Of a DNA stretch of 64,000 nt, positions 20,637 to 34,598 are shown piece after piece (the stretch's first letter is position 1; each line of letters starts with the position of its first letter). Source of the stretch: the human T2T-CHM13v2.0 reference genome, Homo sapiens; assembly GCF_009914755.1 (NCBI RefSeq), contig NC_060925.1. The stretch is one strand, 5' to 3'. The translations under genes were made by a program, and so were the position numbers. The notes under the pieces are model-generated. The model did not search any database. It was not told the origin of the DNA and worked only from the letters and a program-made list of their open reading frames with translations.

Positions 20637-20859
20637 AAACAAAAATGAAACAAAACAACAAAAGCAGGACAAGAAGCCCTGAAGAGCCACGTAAAGTTGT
20701 TTAGCTGCTTGACACTGCCACTGCCCCCTTCCTTTTCTCCCTTGTCTGCAAGCATGCTAATTACAGTGAACGTCAAAGAAAGTTATATTTAAATAAATAT
20801 GTTATAGCGACTTAAAGTTCAAGTGCTCATAGTATGCTCAGGACAAAATTGCAATCTGG

Positions 20860-20939
20860 GAACTGGTCCCAGAATAGACTTCTAGAACTTGTCTTGGAAT
20901 AGACTTCTAGAACTTGTCCCGGAATAGACTTCTAGAACT
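20860..20939. repeat. Tandem repeat, 25 bp x 3.2
   Basis: Unit gaact(g/t)gtc(ccag/ttgg/ccgg)aatagacttcta. Confidence 0.95.
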
Positions 20940-20954
20940 GACAAATGTCTATGA

Positions 20955-21332
20955 GGGCTCTTCTTCCTGAGCACACAGTATGACAACTTCTCTCAACCTC
21001 CCGTGCAATTAGATGGAGCCACCAGAATGAGTTCTGGACAATGGAACTTGGGTGGGAGTGAGGTGTGCCACTTTCAGTCCTGGCCTGTAAAACCCTCCCG
21101 GTATAATCCTGGCTCTCTCTTTTTCATTTCCTGGTGAAATAGAATACCAAGGACACTAACAGCCTAAGAGAGGGCCAGCCCAGAGGGAAGAGAAGAGGTT
21201 CCCCTCTTTCCCTCTTCCCTACATAAGACTGTGATGTAAATGAGAAATAAATTCGTATTGTATTAAGCTACTGATATTTTAATTAAATAGTTGTGGTAGT
21301 GGTTGTAGCAGCTTGCCTATTCTAATAGGTAC
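20955..21332 (+). mobile_element. MLT1 (I/J-like) MaLR LTR
   Basis: gagttctggacaatggaa ... gtgtgccactttcagtcctggcc ... gagaaataaattcgtattgtattaagctactga. Confidence 0.65.
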
Positions 21333-21491
21333 AATGAGCTTTTCCAGGTTTTGCTGGTCTCTGAAGGTTGATTAAAGCACCAGATAGGCTGTCAGGAAAG
21401 CTGGTCATAGTTTGGGCTCTACCTGTCTCTTTCTGATAGCTCTAAATGCGCTTAGAAAAATGAAGAGCATTCAGACAGTCTAAGAAAGTCA

Positions 21492-21625
21492 TGCTGAGTG
21501 ACTCACACCTGTAATTTCAGGACTTTAGGAGGCCAAGGCAAGAGGATTGCTTGAGGCCAAGAGTCAAGACCCGCCTGGGCAAAACAGCAAGACCCTGTCT
21601 CTACAAAAATAGAAAATTAAAAAAA
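21492..21625 (+). mobile_element. FLAM / Alu left monomer
   Basis: Single monomer ending accctgtctctac plus an A-rich tail. Confidence 0.8.
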
Positions 21626-23976
21626 GGGTGGCTGGCAAGATGACCAAATAGGAACAGCTCGGGTCTGCAGCTCCCAGCAAGATCAACACAGAAGGCGGGT
21701 GATTTCTGCATTTCCAAGTGAGGTACCCGGCTCATCTCACTGGGACTGGTTAGATAGCGGGTGCAGCCCATGGAGGGCGAGCCAAAGCAGGGTGGGGTGT
21801 CACCTCACCTGGGAAGTGCAAGGGGTCAGGGAACTCCCTCCCCTAGCCATGAGGGAGTGTGCCATGAGGAATGGTGCACTCTGGCCCAGATACTATGCTT
21901 TTCTCATGGTCTTTGCAACCCACAGACCAGGAGATTCCCTTGGGTGCCTACACCACCAGGGCCCTGGGTTTCAAGCACAAAAATGGGCGGCCATTTGGGC
22001 AGACACCAAGCTAGCTGCAGGAGTTTGTTCTCATACTCCAGTGGAGCCTGGAAGACCAGCGAGACAGAACCGTTCACTCCCCTGGAAAGGCGGCTGAAGC
22101 CAGGGAGCCAAGTGGTCTAGCTCAGCAGATCCCACTCCCATGAAGACCAGCAAACTAAGATCCACTGGCTTGAAATTCTTGCTGCCAGCACAGCAGTCTG
22201 AAGTCAACCTGGGATGCTTGAGCTTGGTGCAGGGAGGGGCATCTGCCATTACTGAGGCTTGAGTAGGCGGTTTTTCCCTTTTGTGTAAACAAAGCCCGGG
22301 AAATTCGACCTGTAGCCAGACTGTAGCCAGACTGCCTCTCTAGATTCCTCCTCTCTGGGCAGGGCATCTCTGAAAGAAAGGCAATGGCCCCAATCAGGGG
22401 CTTATAGATAAAACTCCCATCTCATGGGGCAGAGTACCTGGGGGAAGGGGCAGCTGTGGGTGCAGCTTCAGCAAACTTAAATGTTCCTGCCTGCCAGCTC
22501 TGAAGAAATCAGTGGATCTCCCAGCACAGCGCTCGAGCTCTGCTAAGGGGCAGACTGCCTCCTCAAGTGGGTCCCTGGCCGCTATGCCTCCTGATTGGGA
22601 GACATCTCCCAGCAGGGGTTGACAAACACCTCATACAGGAGGGCCCCAGCTGGCATCTGGCAGGTGACCCTCTGGGACAAAGCTTCCAGAGGAAGGAATA
22701 GGCAGAAATCTTTGCTGTTCTGCAGCCTCCACTGGTGATACCCAGGCAAACAGGGACTGGAGTGGACCTCCAGCAAACTCCAGCAGACCTGCAGCAGAGG
22801 GGCCTGAGTGTTAGAAGGAAAACTAACAAGCAGAAAGGAATAGCATCAACATCAACAAAAAGGACGTCCACACAAAAACCTCATCAGAAGGTCACCAACA
22901 TCTAAGACTAAAGGTAGAGAAATCCACAAAGATGAGGAAAAACCAGTGCAAAAAGGCTGAAAATTCCAAAAACCAGAATGCTGCTTCTCCTGCAAAGGAT
23001 CACAACTCCTCGCCAGCAAGGGAACAAAACTGAACAGAGAATGAGTTTGACAAAGTGACAGAAGTAGGCTTCAGAAGGTGGGTAATAACAAACTCCTCCG
23101 AGCGAAAGGAGCATATTCTAACCCAATGCAAGGAAGCTAAAAACCTTGAAAAATGGTTAGAGGAATTGCTAACTAGAATAACCACTTTAGAGAAGAATAT
23201 AAATGACCTGATGGAGCTGAAAAACACAGCATGAGAATTTCATGAAGCATACACAAGTATCAGTAGCCGAATCGATCAAGCAGCAGAAAGGATGTCAGAG
23301 ATTGAAGATCAACTTAACGAAATAAAGCATGAAGACAAGACTAGAGGAAATAGAATGAAAAGGAACGAATGAAACCTCCAAGAAATATGGGACTATAAGA
23401 AAAGACCAAACCTACGTTTGATTGGTGTACCCGAAAGTAACAGGGAGAATTGAACCAAGTTAGAAAACACTCTTCAGGATATTATCCAGGAGAACTTCCC
23501 CAAACTAGCAAGAGAGGCCAGCATTTAAATTCAGGAAATACAGAGAACACCACAAAGATACTCCTTGAGAAGAGCAACCCCAAGACACATAATCATCAGA
23601 TTCACCAAGGTTGAAATGAAGGAAAAAATGTTAAGGGCAGCCAGAGAGATAGGTCGGGTTGGAAACCATCATGCTCAACAAACTAACAGAAGAACAGAAA
23701 ACCAAACACTGCATGTGCTCACTCATACGTGGGAGTTGAACAATGAGAACACATGGACACAGGGAGGGGAACATCAGACACCGGGGCCTGTTGGGGGCTG
23801 GGGGGTTAGGGGAGGGATAGCATTAGGAGAAATACCTAATGTAGATGACAGGTTGATGGGTGCAGCAAACCACCATGGCACATGTATGCCTATGTAACAA
23901 ACCTGCACAGTCTGCACATGTATCCCAGAACTTAGAGTATAATTAAAAAAAAAAAAGAAAGAAAGAAAAGAAAAAA
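21626..23976 (+). mobile_element. L1PA7/8-like element: full 5'UTR, partial ORF1, fused directly to ORF2 end, 3'UTR and poly(A)
   Basis: 5' gggtggctggcaagatg; ORF1 ATG at 22932 (with stops); RRATPRHIIIRFTKVEMKEKMLRAARE jumps at 23660/23661 to ggaaaccatcat...; G-rich 3'UTR; A tail. Confidence 0.9.
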
Positions 23977-24169
23977 AAGAAAGTCAATGATTCCGTCCTC
24001 TCTGATGATGACACAATTGCCTCTCTGCCTATGCAGAGACTTGGCCAAGAAAGGAGATTTGCTAAGCCCTTGGAGGAACATGCCGGCCACCTTTCCCCTC
24101 CTTTTTCTCCTGGAACTTATGTGCAGGCTCTGCAGCTCAGCACACTGAAAATGTTATATGATTTGGTTG

Positions 24170-24355
24170 TCTTTTAAACTAGTTTTATTACTTTGGCCAA
24201 AGTTCCTTAACCACTTTGTGCGTCGGTTTCCTTGTCCACATAAGAGGAACAATGATGCACCTACCAAATAGAGTTCTAGTGAGAAGTAGAAATAGTTTCT
24301 GTAAAGCGTCGATCACAGTGCCTGGCACTAGTAGTCACACAATAAGGGTTGTTGC
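24170..24355 (+). mobile_element. MIR
   Basis: cttaaccactttgtgcgtcggtttccttgtc ... cacagtgcctggcac. Confidence 0.65.
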
Positions 24356-25140
24356 TATTCAATTTATGTGCTTAATACTTGATTTATTTCGCAAACATTT
24401 GCGAAGCTCTTGCTATGGCCAGGCAAATTGCTCGAGTTACACAGGCAGAGTGGACAAACCTCTGCCCTCAATGCATTTAGGCTCTAGTCCTGGCATCCTC
24501 TGACCTCCTCTTGCCATCCCCACCTCTCGCCCCAAATACACACATAGGCACGACATGGCAATATGAAGTGGAAAACAAAGAAGTGAATTTTGGAAGGGAC
24601 AAATGCAAAAGGGGCCTGGGGCCAGATTTCTTCTCTTCCTCTAGGTTGTTACATGGGATCAGGTAGTCCTTCCTTAAGGAATTTCTCCCTCTAAGTCCAA
24701 GGGTTGGCAAAATTCTCTAGTTAGACCCTGGACAGGAGAAGTCAAATCTCAGAGGTCTCTCAGGAGAGAAGCGAATCTTTAGTTGCAGCTTCTGCCTGAC
24801 TCCCATGGTCTGAAGGAGTCTGGGGAGACGGGAGAGGTCAGAGTTCAGATTCATTGCTCTGCTTCTCTGGAGTGGAGATGAGGGAAGCTGAAGTCTTACA
24901 AAGTGTTAAGAAGGGGCACAGATAATTAATTATATGTCCACACATGTGTTGTTATTCTAATTGTAAAATCTCCAGTAGTCATTCCACACACAACACAGCA
25001 AAGCCTTTAAGGACAAGCCTAAGAAGGATTAATTTACAAAGACTCAACAACTGGAAACCTCTAAAATCATTGTAAAGGAAGAAATGATACTCAAAATCAC
25101 AGAGTTTAAGAGCTGGAGAGACCCTCGACGGTCATCTAAC

Positions 25141-25478
25141 GCAGATTCTCAAATGCCAATCCATGACGAAATTTCCACTGGTCCATGATGAAAACAATTA
25201 ACAATTTTTTGTCTTTCCGTGCAATACATTTTATTCATTTTAAATGATTTATCTTTTATTCTAATATTATGGTCATCCTAGTTTTTTGGTGCTGAAATAT
25301 TCCTTGTATTACAGAATGAAGATAGTATCTAGATGGTAGTTTGTTTTTAGTTTTTATTTTTTGTACGTGGATTTTTAAAAATCTCTACCTTTAAAAACAA
25401 AAAGTTGGCAATTCTATGTCATCTCCAAGTTTTTTGAAATTTTATTGTTTGCTGAAATTCATAATCTAGAAACGACTC
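25141..25478. mobile_element. Probable old hAT (Charlie4-like) fragment
   Basis: cagattctcaaatgcc ... tttccactggtccatgatgaaa; AT-rich body; assignment from memory only. Confidence 0.35.
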
Positions 25479-25510
25479 ATCAAACTCAACCACCACGTAT
25501 AATATACTAA

Positions 25511-26003
<493 letters not shown>

Positions 26004-26021
26004 TTAAGAAATTAATTCCTA

Positions 26022-26328
26022 AGCCCGGGCGCGGTGGCTCACGCCTGTAATCCCAGCACTTTGGGAGGCCGAGGCGGGTGGATCACGAGGTCAGGAGTTC
26101 GAGACCAGCCTGGCCAACGTAGTGAAACCCCGTCTCTACTAAAAATACAAAAATTAGTCAGGCGTGGTGGCGGGCACCTGTAATCCCAGCTACTCAGGAG
26201 GCCGAGGCAGGAGAATCACTTGAATCCGGGAGGCAGAGGTTGCAATTGAGCCGAGATCGTGCCATCACACTCCAGCCTGGGTGGCAGACAGACTCCATCT
26301 CAAAAAAAAAAAAAAAAAGAAAGAAAGA
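26022..26328 (+). mobile_element. AluS (Sg-like)
   Basis: TSD aagaaattaattcct. Confidence 0.92.
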
Positions 26329-26525
26329 AAGAAATTAATTCCTGAAAAGTACGTAATTTCTCCAAGTTTTGAGCATATATCTGAATATGGAAGCTGGCTT
26401 TGACAAATGAAAAGAAGAAACAACTCCCTCAAGCAAAATGAACCTGGTTTTCATTGTTATCTGAAGATAGCATTTCTGCAGATGCTAATAAAAGTGGCCT
26501 AAAAGATAGAAACATATAAACGTAT

Positions 26526-27105
26526 TGTGATGGTTAACATTAGGTGTCAACTTGACTGGATTGAGGGATGCCTAGATAGCTGGTAAAGTCTTGTATCTGG
26601 GTGTGTCTGGGCGGGAATTTCCAGAGAAGATTGACATTTGAATGGTGCACTGGGAGAGGAAGACCCACCCTCAATGTGGGTGGGCGCTATCCAATCGGCT
26701 GCAAGCGCGGTTGGAACAAAGCCGGGGAAGAAGGGGGATCAACCTGCTTGCTGCATCTTCTGGATTGCTGTCTTCCCGAGCTGGACGCTTGCTTGCTCTC
26801 CTCCTGCCCGTGGACATCTAGACTCCAGGTTCTTCGGCCTTTAGACTCTGGGACTGCACCTGTGGCTTGCCGAGGTTCGTAGGCCTTCACCACTAACTGC
26901 AGACCACACTGTTGGCTTCCTGGTTTTGAGGCTTCTCGTTTCCTCAGCTTGCAGACGGCTATCCTGGGACTTCACCTTGTAATTGTGTGAGCCAGTTCTT
27001 CCTAATAAACTCATATCTATATCAATCTGCATCCATATCTATCTATCTATCTATCTATCTATCACCTATCTTCTATTGGTCTGTCTCTCTGGAGAACCCT
27101 AATAC
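26526..27105 (+). mobile_element. MLT2B-type ERVL solo LTR with internal (TCTA)n
   Basis: tgtgatggttaacattaggtgtcaacttgactggattg ... ctggagaaccctaataca; flanks cgtat/cttat. Confidence 0.88.
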
Positions 27106-27144
27106 ACTTATAAAGTATAATAGAAAACCCCTGAAATGAAAGCA

Positions 27145-27545
27145 GTGTCCTGGTTCTAGTCCTTGTTGTGCTTTAACAGTATTTGCAATCTAGGTAAAAT
27201 CATTTCACTTGCCTGGGCTTCAGTTTCTCCATCTGTAAAACGAGCCAGTGGGGGCAAGTTGATCTTCAAGACCATTGGTTAGCGGTTAGTCTAATTAGTG
27301 TTAATGGCAGAAATTTGAGGCTGTAGAAGAGACACCCTGGTTTGAATACTGACTTTGATACTTTCTGACCAAGGGACCTTGGGTAAATTACTTAATCTCT
27401 CTGTGCCTTAGTTTCTTCATTAATTAAGTGGGGATAATGGGGAAACATGCTTCATGAGGGCTAAATTAGATAAAATTTACAAAGCACTTAGCATAGGGTC
27501 TGATATTTTTAAAACTCTCAATAAATGCTAGCTATTATTAGTAAC
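27145..27545 (+). mobile_element. Two MIR copies
   Basis: cttcagtttctccatctgtaaaa; ccttgggtaaattacttaatctctctgtgccttagtttc ... ctcaataaatgctagctatt. Confidence 0.75.
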
Positions 27546-27717
27546 ATCTATGCTTTTTCGAAATGTAATGTTTTGTGCTCATTGCTTGGTAATATAATTG
27601 TTCTGCATAAATTGGACTACAGCACACAGCAGATCCTGCTCTAAAGGGATAAGCAGCTCAGGAGATTGCCAAGAGGATTTCAAATGGCGAAATATAATAA
27701 TATATACATTATTTTTT

Positions 27718-28024
27718 AGACTGGACACAGTGGCTCATCCTGTAATCCCAGTGCTTTGGGAGGCTGAGGCAGGAGGATCCCTTGGGGCCAGGAGTTCAAG
27801 ACCAGCCTGGGCAACTAGTAAGATCCCATCTCTACAAAAAGTAAAAACATTGGCTGGGTATAGTGGCACATGCCTGTAGTCCTAGCTACTCAGAAAGCTG
27901 AGGAGGGAGAATCTCTTGAGCCGAGGAGTTGGAGGCTACAGTGAGCTGTGATCATGCCACTGCACTCTAGCCTGCATGACAGAGCAAGACCCCATCTCAA
28001 ATAAATAAATAAATAAATAAATAA
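27718..28024 (+). mobile_element. AluJ with (TAAA)n tail
   Basis: Diverged dimeric Alu. Confidence 0.88.
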
Positions 28025-28577
28025 GCTATTCAGAGCACTTTACATATATTATTTAGTCCTCACAACAAATCTCTCAGATAAGTAGAATATATTGGTTCCT
28101 TAGCCATAGTCCAAACCAAAAGCTCATTACAGGCACTCCTCCACTTTGCCCTGCATCATGAATCTCCTCTCTTGAGGGTTGAGGTAAGGGATGGAGTATT
28201 CAGTGGGTAGAGTAAGGGGTGCTGGTGATTACAGCCAGCAGAGAAGGCACCTCTTTGTCTGAGCAGCAGCTGCTGAGCCACAGCAGAGTGGGTCATGGGA
28301 AAGGGGAAGATGGCCTGGGGCAGGTGATGGGAACTAGAGAATGAAGCCAAGGGATTATGGAAGGCCAGCTGGAAGTCAGTGTAGGTGGAGAGCTGTTATT
28401 GGAGCTGTGGACCAAAGCTGCTTTTTAGGTACTTCCTATGTAAGTAGGCCTACCCCATTTAAAGGGCTAGGGATGGAGTAGACACTGGGCAGCAGCTTGT
28501 TGATGTAGGAATAGGTAAAACAAGTTTCTAAAAATCTCTGATATCATTCCAGGATAGTGCTTGAAAGATCACTATAA

Positions 28578-28941
<364 letters not shown>

Positions 28942-29074
28942 CTATGGTCTTCCATCTTCTATCCACAAAAGTAATACTCACAGGGCCAAACTTAGAAACT
29001 TGGTGCATCAGAGATACCTGGCAAGATTCCCCCCGGCCCTTTATCCCCTTATGAAGGGTATCTGCCCTTCCACA

Positions 29075-29570
29075 CAATTCTGTTGTAGAAAGCAGGGTCT
29101 TAGGCTGGGATTGAAACAAGGGTGGCCACTGGACCAGACTAGTTTGGGGCAGCCAGCAAAGGCAGCCAATCCTGGGATTGGACACATGTATGAGATGGTC
29201 CTATCTGAGGAGCTCTGCCCGGGAGACTACTTCAAGCAAGTTTGAATGAGGAGCCAGAGGAAGAGCCAGCTGTCAGTAGGGAGAAGAAAGTGATGTCGCA
29301 CACAAAGATACACAGGGCCAGAGTAGGAGGCACCCTAGCAAGAGAGCACGAGAATGGAGATCTTGACATCTTGTAACTGAGGAGGGTGACAAAACTACTC
29401 AGATCTGAGACCTGTCTTGGATCTTGAAGGGGAGGGGGCAGGCTGCCCTTGGTTTCTATGAGATTCTTCACCTGTCTCTTACCCCCATAGTTATGTTAAT
29501 AACAAACTCCATTACTTAAGTGGTTTGAAGGAATTTCTATCCCTTGCAACCAAAAGAACATAACAAATGT
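29075..29570 (+). mobile_element. Old MLT1 (K/L-like) LTR
   Basis: 3' end aacaaactccattacttaag ... ttctatcccttgcaaccaaaaga. Confidence 0.45.
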
Positions 29571-29619
29571 CAATCTTGGTCTTAGTGCATATGAACTGGA
29601 ACCATGTGGGAAAATGTAA

Positions 29620-29870
29620 TTTACCAAACCACACAGAGGAGAAAGTCTCTTCCAGGGGACACAGCTGATGCAGGAATAAAGACACAGAAGGCCAAGGTGA
29701 GTCCAGAGAGTGGTGGGAAAATCAGTGTGACCAGAGGGAAGGATGAAGGAGGATGACAGACTGTGAGGGTGGAATAGCAGGATCCAGATTGTCGGGGGTC
29801 TGCTTGTCATGCTGATGCTTGGACAAGATGCTTAAGCAGCAGGGAGGATGGGTACATGATCAGATTCACC
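29620..29870 (-). mobile_element. L2 fragment
   Basis: cagtgtgaccagagg ... ccagattgtcggggg ... ttaagcag ... acatgatcagatt. Confidence 0.45.
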
Positions 29871-30699
29871 TCTGCTCGTTCCCTTCAGGTTACAAAGAGC
29901 AGTTAATGTTGGTAAAGATACACACTGAGAAGAAGGCCAAGAATGTATCACATCAGCTGCATATTCAGGTCTCATGGAGAAACAGAATGTCAGTCAGGGC
30001 ACAGTTATAGCTCTAGGGAATTTAAATTGGGGCTTTAAAAACAGTATTTTAAATTCTAAATGATGCCATTTTGCTTTTCACAACTTGGCATTCCAATCAC
30101 AGAATTGCCCTCTTGCACCGTTTTCCTACTTGAAGTTTCCAGGGCTTGAATAAAAGACGTGTAAGGAATATTTTCAAATTGTCTTTCACACTTAAATTCA
30201 AATGTTCATGCTTAATGAACCACAGACCACTGATCTAAACCAGAGAGCATTAATTGTTCTAGGGCCAGTGTGAAGTCAGCATTAGTGTGAGGCAGGGAAT
30301 TCATTTGACCACACTATTTAAATTACAGGATGTTTGTCCTTCATGAAGCATGGCAAGAAAGGCCTGGGTAATATGTGGTAATTAAAATAATCATAAAAAT
30401 GTTTTCTTCATTTTCTAGTTAGTAAGCACCATGGCTTATAAAGACTGAATCACTGTGATGTGATGGGCTTCTCATTTTTATGATCCTACAGGAACAATTT
30501 TAAAAACATAGTAAACTTTAAGGGCTAGAGAAAAAAATATGTGATCTGTATTGGGCCCTAAAAGCTTCATTTCATAAGCTTTAAAGGAAAACACTCTTAA
30601 AAAATAATTCGATCTAATGTCTCAAACAAGGGCAATACATACAGCAGGTTGCTTTCCCACTGTAGTTTCTATAATGAAAATTGTTTATAACTTATAAAA

Positions 30700-31320
30700 A
30701 ATCGCTGTTTGCAAACACTCCCACAGTGCTGGTCAGTGTTGTAAATTGGTGCACACTTTCTGGAGGACCATTTGATGATGTGTACCAGAGACCTTATAAA
30801 TGATCACATACTTTAACTTAGACATTCTACCTGTAGGAATAGTATCCTAGGGATCCTAATCAGAGAAGTTTCAAGATTGTTATCCAAGGATGTTTATAAC
30901 AGCATTATTTATGCTAGAGCCAACTTAAAGCAACAAAAAGGTCGAAATATAGGGAACTTGTCAAATAAATGATGACAGAGTGATACGATGAATGTTAAGA
31001 AGTCATAAAAATGTTGTTTCAAAGAATATTTAATGTCATGGAAAATTACAACACAACTTTGAGAAAAGAAGGACATAAAACAATGCATATGCATATATAT
31101 ACATACATAATAAAGTTTTTAATATGCATTTATATATTTTAAAAAATGCTTTAAAAGAAAATCTGGAAGAAAATAACACCAAGTTGAAATAGGAAATAAT
31201 CAAAATGTTAAGAGCATTTATCTGTTCACAGTAGGATTATGTGTTTTAATATTTTCTTTTTAAATTTCCAAATACTTATCAATGTATTATATGCTATTAA
31301 TAATCAGAAAAAAAGCTATT
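30700..31320 (+). mobile_element. Ancient L1ME/MC-class 3' region
   Basis: gtgctggtcagtgttgtaaattggtgcacactttctggagg ... caaggatgtttataacagcattattt. Confidence 0.65.
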
Positions 31321-31327
31321 TAAGCCA

Positions 31328-31413
31328 CATACATATATATATATAAATACACACACATATATATAAAAACACACACACACGTGTGTGTGTATATATATAT
31401 ATATACATATATA
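31328..31413. repeat. (TA)n/(CA)n/(TG)n compound microsatellite in an Alu tail
   Basis: Includes the palindrome acacacacacgtgtgtgtgt. Confidence 0.9.
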
Positions 31414-31673
31414 TTTTTTTTTTAGATGGAGTCTCGCGCTATCGCCCAGGCTGGAGTGCAGTGGCACGATCTCGGCTCACTCCTACCTCAGCCTCCTGTA
31501 TAGCTGGAATTATAGGCACTTGCCACCACGCCCAGCTAATTTTTGTATTTTTAGTAGAGACGGGGTTTCACCATGTTGGCCAGGCTAGTCTTGAACTCAT
31601 GACCTCAAGTGATCTGCCTGCTTTGGCCTCCTCAAGTGTTGGAGATTACAGGCATGAGCCACCGTGCCCGGCC
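31414..31673 (-). mobile_element. AluS with about 35-bp internal deletion
   Basis: cggctcac joined directly to tcctacctcagcc. Confidence 0.88.
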
Positions 31674-31959
31674 TACAAAAAATATTATTTAGGTTAGTCT
31701 TTAGTTGAAAGGATAATTATATTCAGAAAACAAAGAACAGAGACAGAGGTTTTCCCTACTCTCAACCTATTGACACAATTACAGGGAACAAGCAGGTGAC
31801 CTGATTTGCATTTCTGTTCTTTTTCCAGCTTACTCCTTGGGAGAGGTGACAAAGGCAAACCCAAAGTCAGTTCCACTGAAATCTTCAATGCCTTCTCTTT
31901 GTCATCATCATTGCTAACAATTAACAAGCTTGTACCAGGTGCCGGGCATGGTTGGAAAG

Positions 31960-32155
31960 GTTTTGGATATATTGCCAATCAACCCTCATAACAGACCTTT
32001 GAAATAGATAGTATTATTTTTCCTGTTTTACTGATGAAGAAGCCAAGGAATAGAGAAACTTGTTCAAGATCACACAGTTAGTAAGGGGTGGAGCTGGATT
32101 CAGACCCCAGGCAACCTCACTTGTTAGAATACAATGCTCAGTGCTACATGCCTCT
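31960..32155 (-). mobile_element. MIR
   Basis: ttttactgatgaagaagccaagg ... cttgttcaagatcacacagttagtaag. Confidence 0.75.
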
Positions 32156-32157
32156 GA

Positions 32158-32518
<361 letters not shown>

Positions 32519-32819
32519 TAAGCAAAGAAATTTTTTTCACATCATACTGTGTAATTCCAACGTCTAAAACTTTTTTAAAGGAGGATTTACTTCCAGTCTA
32601 GCTTAGGTAGAGACTGTGCTTCTCCCTCGTTTCCTATTGAGGTCACTGTGGTGCCTTTGTTTTGTGCAACTCTTCTGGGAAACTATTGTCCCACTCCAAT
32701 CACTTCTACTTAGAGATGAGAAACCTGGGCCCAGAGCTTTAAAAGAACCTCCCCAGGGCACCCATTTAGTATGTGCATAAGCCAGTGCTTTTCTAATACT
32801 ACCTCATAGTACACATATA

Positions 32820-33110
32820 TATTATTCAGAACTCCTTTTGTTGTAAGAAACAGAAACCCAACTCAAATTTGCTTAGACAGAAAAAGGAATTTATTAGTTC
32901 AAATAACTAGGCAGTTCAAGGACAATCTGGGTCAGATATAACTAGCTCCATGAGCCCAATATTAACAGAAGAGGTTCTGTTCTTCCTACCATTTGTTAGC
33001 TCTGCCTCCCTATGAACTGACTTCATTCTCAGATGGGTTCTCAGCACCATACACCTATACCAGAACAGCTCTAGATGTGCAGGATCCCTGAATGGGGAAC
33101 TGAATAGTCA
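32820..33110 (-). mobile_element. Old MLT1 (K/L/N-like) LTR fragment
   Basis: ttgttgtaagaaacagaaacccaactcaaatttgcttag ... aaggaatttattag. Confidence 0.55.
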
Positions 33111-33903
33111 CTATCATCTGTGTATTCTTCTTGTAAGGAAGATTTGGTTGGCTTTTATTTTTGTTGATGGTATGACTAAGTTAGGTCACCTGCTCCCTTG
33201 CCCCAATTTAAAAAAAAATAAAAGAAATGAACACGTAGTGGTCCATAACATGGACCACTATCCTTGGCACGTCTGATAAAAGTGAATTCCTGGAATCCAG
33301 GCAATCTGTTCCACTGATCTTTATTCCCACCTATATCACACCATCTTGATTACAGTAGTTTTACCAAACTCAGGTAGAGAAACTCTTCTAGATGTTGTTG
33401 TTCCTGCTCTCCTTCTCCTTTTCTTTTTCTTCTTCCTTCTTCACCTTCTTCTATTAGATTTATTGATGTATAATTTACATATAATAAAATTCATCAATTT
33501 TAAGTGTGAAATTTGACAAGTGCTTATAAATAATAAAGTCTCATAATCATCACAGTCATGGTATAGAACAGTTTCAAAACTCCGAAAACTTTCCTTGTGC
33601 TTCTTTGCAATTGATGCCCTGTTATCACCTTCTAGGCCCTAGCGTCTACTTTCTTTCATGTAATTAGAGTCAGTATGTTGCCTGTTGTGTCTGGTTTCTT
33701 TCACTTAACATAATGCTTTCAGATTCATTTCTCTTTTTGCATTTATCAGTTTGTTCCTTTCTAATTTTTAGTGGTACTACCTTATATGAATATGCCAACA
33801 TTCGTTTATTCATTCACAAGTTCATGTACATTTGCATTTTTTCTAGTTTTTTGCTATTGCAAATAAAGCTTCTATGAACATCTGTGTACAAGTTTTTGGG
33901 TGA

Positions 33904-34221
<318 letters not shown>

Positions 34222-34598
34222 CACCTTTCTTTTTGGTAAATATCTAAGAGTGGAATTGCTGAACTGTATGGTAAGTTGATTAATTTTAAAGAAATTTCCA
34301 ATTTGTTTTCCAGATTGGCTATACTATTTTACATTCCCGCCAGTGGCTTATGATGGCTCTAATTTCTCCACATTTTCCCCAGAACTTGGTATTTTCACTC
34401 TTTTTTATAACAGCCATTTTAGTGGCTATGTGGTGGTGTCTTATTTTAATTTCAATATGCATTTCCTAATGTCTAATGATGTACAGCAGCTTTTCATGTG
34501 CCTGTTTGCCATCTGTATATCTTCTTTGGTGGAGTCACTGTTCAGACCCCATTTTTTAATTGTGTTGTTTGAGTTATAGAAATTCTTTATGTATCATA

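Noticed and set aside
20860-20939. CRISPR-like repeat array
   Set aside because: Contiguous tandem units with no spacers, no cas genes, primate context.
23780-23820. G-quadruplex motif
   Set aside because: Standard feature of the L1PA 3'UTR.
27015-27070. (TCTA)n microsatellite
   Set aside because: Common expansion at this position of MLT2 LTRs.
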